From the human T2T-CHM13v2.0 reference genome, Homo sapiens, in assembly GCF_009914755.1 (NCBI RefSeq), contig NC_060932.1: a stretch of 64,000 bases of DNA; one strand, 5' to 3'. The stretch's first letter is position 1. Every line of letters begins with the position of its first letter. Positions 61,941 to 64,000 of this stretch are shown here, piece by piece. The notes under the pieces were generated by a model. The model was given only the letters and a program-made list of their open reading frames with translations, ran no database searches and was not told the origin of the DNA. Made by a program: the position numbers and the translations under genes.

Positions 61941-62823
61941 ATGCTCAAATACAAAACCATTTCCTTTCTTCTTGTCTCACACATAAGAAAAAATAATTGA
62001 AGGTGAGAAATTAAGAAACTTCATTTAAGCTCTGCCTTTTACGTTGTAAAAAAATTACTGCTTTGACCTACTGGTAAGGTCATAGGTCTTCTGTTGATTA
62101 TGTTTTTGTATCTTCATAAAATAAGTACACGCTCTTTCACCACTCCAGCTCATCAACTGGGCTTCAAACAAGTGGTAATCTCTCAGGTCATCCAAGAGGC
62201 CAACCTGCATCATCTCTCTTCCAGTGTGAAAACTCAACCGGTGACAAAGAATTACTGAACTGTTTCTTAGTATTTAAAGGAGCGTTCAAGACATTCCTTT
62301 TTCTTTCTAACATAAAAAAAAGCCACAGACATGTAGGAGAGTGTTGTGGTTCATGGGTTGGATGTCTGTTTGCCAGCTTGAATTTGTATTTGGAAAACAA
62401 ATGAATCTCTGATTAGCCAACCTCTAACACACACACACACACACACACCCTCTACCCACCTTTAATGGAAGTAATAATTTATTTAACATTATTGAACATC
62501 AAATATATACCAAGCAATGTTTTAAAACTTAACAGTGAATGAGGTAGAAATAGGTTGGCTCTCATATTTCCATGTTAGAAACAGGTAACATCAAAGACAA
62601 CTAAGTCAACAAGAAACATGCATAGTGGTGTTTGTAAGGCAAAGAATTAAATCAGGCTGATGTTACTGAGTGGCCACTTTCGAGTGGCAAAAAGATTTAT
62701 CTGAAGAGATCATTTTTGAGATACAAACAGTGACTAGCTTACTTCTCACCTATACTGACAGTTGAATTTAGCCTAGAGTAAAAACACACAGACATAATGA
62801 GAGGTCTCATATGAAATTCATGA

Positions 62824-63465
<642 letters not shown>

Positions 63466-63639
63466 TGACATATGCTCTCCTGTCTCTCTCATAGTTCTTT
63501 CTCTCCTCAGTCAATCCAATCATCCATCATTTCAGCCCACCTAACTATGGAAACTCTGCTGCTTCTCACACAGCAGCAGCCAAGTCCCTACAATAACTAC
63601 AAGACTCGACATGATTCAGTCTCAGTATTTGCATGACCT

Positions 63640-64000
63640 TAGCTCCTCCTCCTTCTCCACTCCTTTCCCCCTGTACTCCAGCCTTGCACACAGCATAGCA
63701 CACTTCCACCTCAGGGCCTTTGCACTTCTTATTTCTTCTGCTCTGACCTATCTTCCCCCAGTTATCTACACAGCTCACCACTGACCTCTCTTCTTTGTTC
63801 CCATGTTGCTTGTGTGATGTTCCCTACACCCTGTGTAAAATCCCCACTGTTATTCTGCCATTCACTCTCTCTCTTGCCAGCTTATTTTTCTGTACAGCAT
63901 TTGCCATTATTTGAAACAGCACTTTGTTTATTTATTTACATAATGTATAGTCTGTGCTCCTACACCCTACTAGAATATAAGTTCCATGAGGGCAGGATTT
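63640..64000 (+). mobile_element. L2 3' fragment
   Basis: ccacctcagggcctttgcact ... ctagaatataagttccatgagggcaggattt. Confidence 0.8.

Overview
This is AT-rich, CpG-poor, Alu/L1-rich primate (human-type) genomic DNA. The + strand carries the 3' part of TUSC3 (N33), the OST3/OST6/MAGT1-family subunit of the oligosaccharyltransferase. I read five exons from splice signals and translation: 924-987, 13824-13898, 18661-18751, an alternative 65-nt exon at 28075-28139, and a terminal exon from 34490. They give two C-termini, ...GYPYSDLDFE* and ...GYPYSFLIK*. Exon numbers 7-11 are recalled from the known gene structure. Downstream of about 37.5 kb the window is mostly nested LINE-1, Alu, MaLR and ERV1 LTR remnants. 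The supplied ORF track is almost all repeat-derived or spurious and misses the real exons. The most notable sequence signals are: (1) a 12.8-kb minor-spliceosome (U12-type) intron; (2) a coding cassette exon exonized from a MIR SINE, with a GC donor and a stop 46 nt from the junction; (3) a ~160-bp near-perfect inverted repeat, not a recognisable TE, 2 kb upstream of that exon; (4) a 30-bp AT-rich hairpin and a poly(A) signal just downstream of it; (5) a cluster of short, spaced, locally templated duplications; (6) a FLAM + unique sequence + poly(A) chimera. No prokaryotic-type systems (CRISPR, operons) are present. Repeat subfamily names come from recalled consensus sequences, and repeat boundaries are approximate unless a TSD is given.
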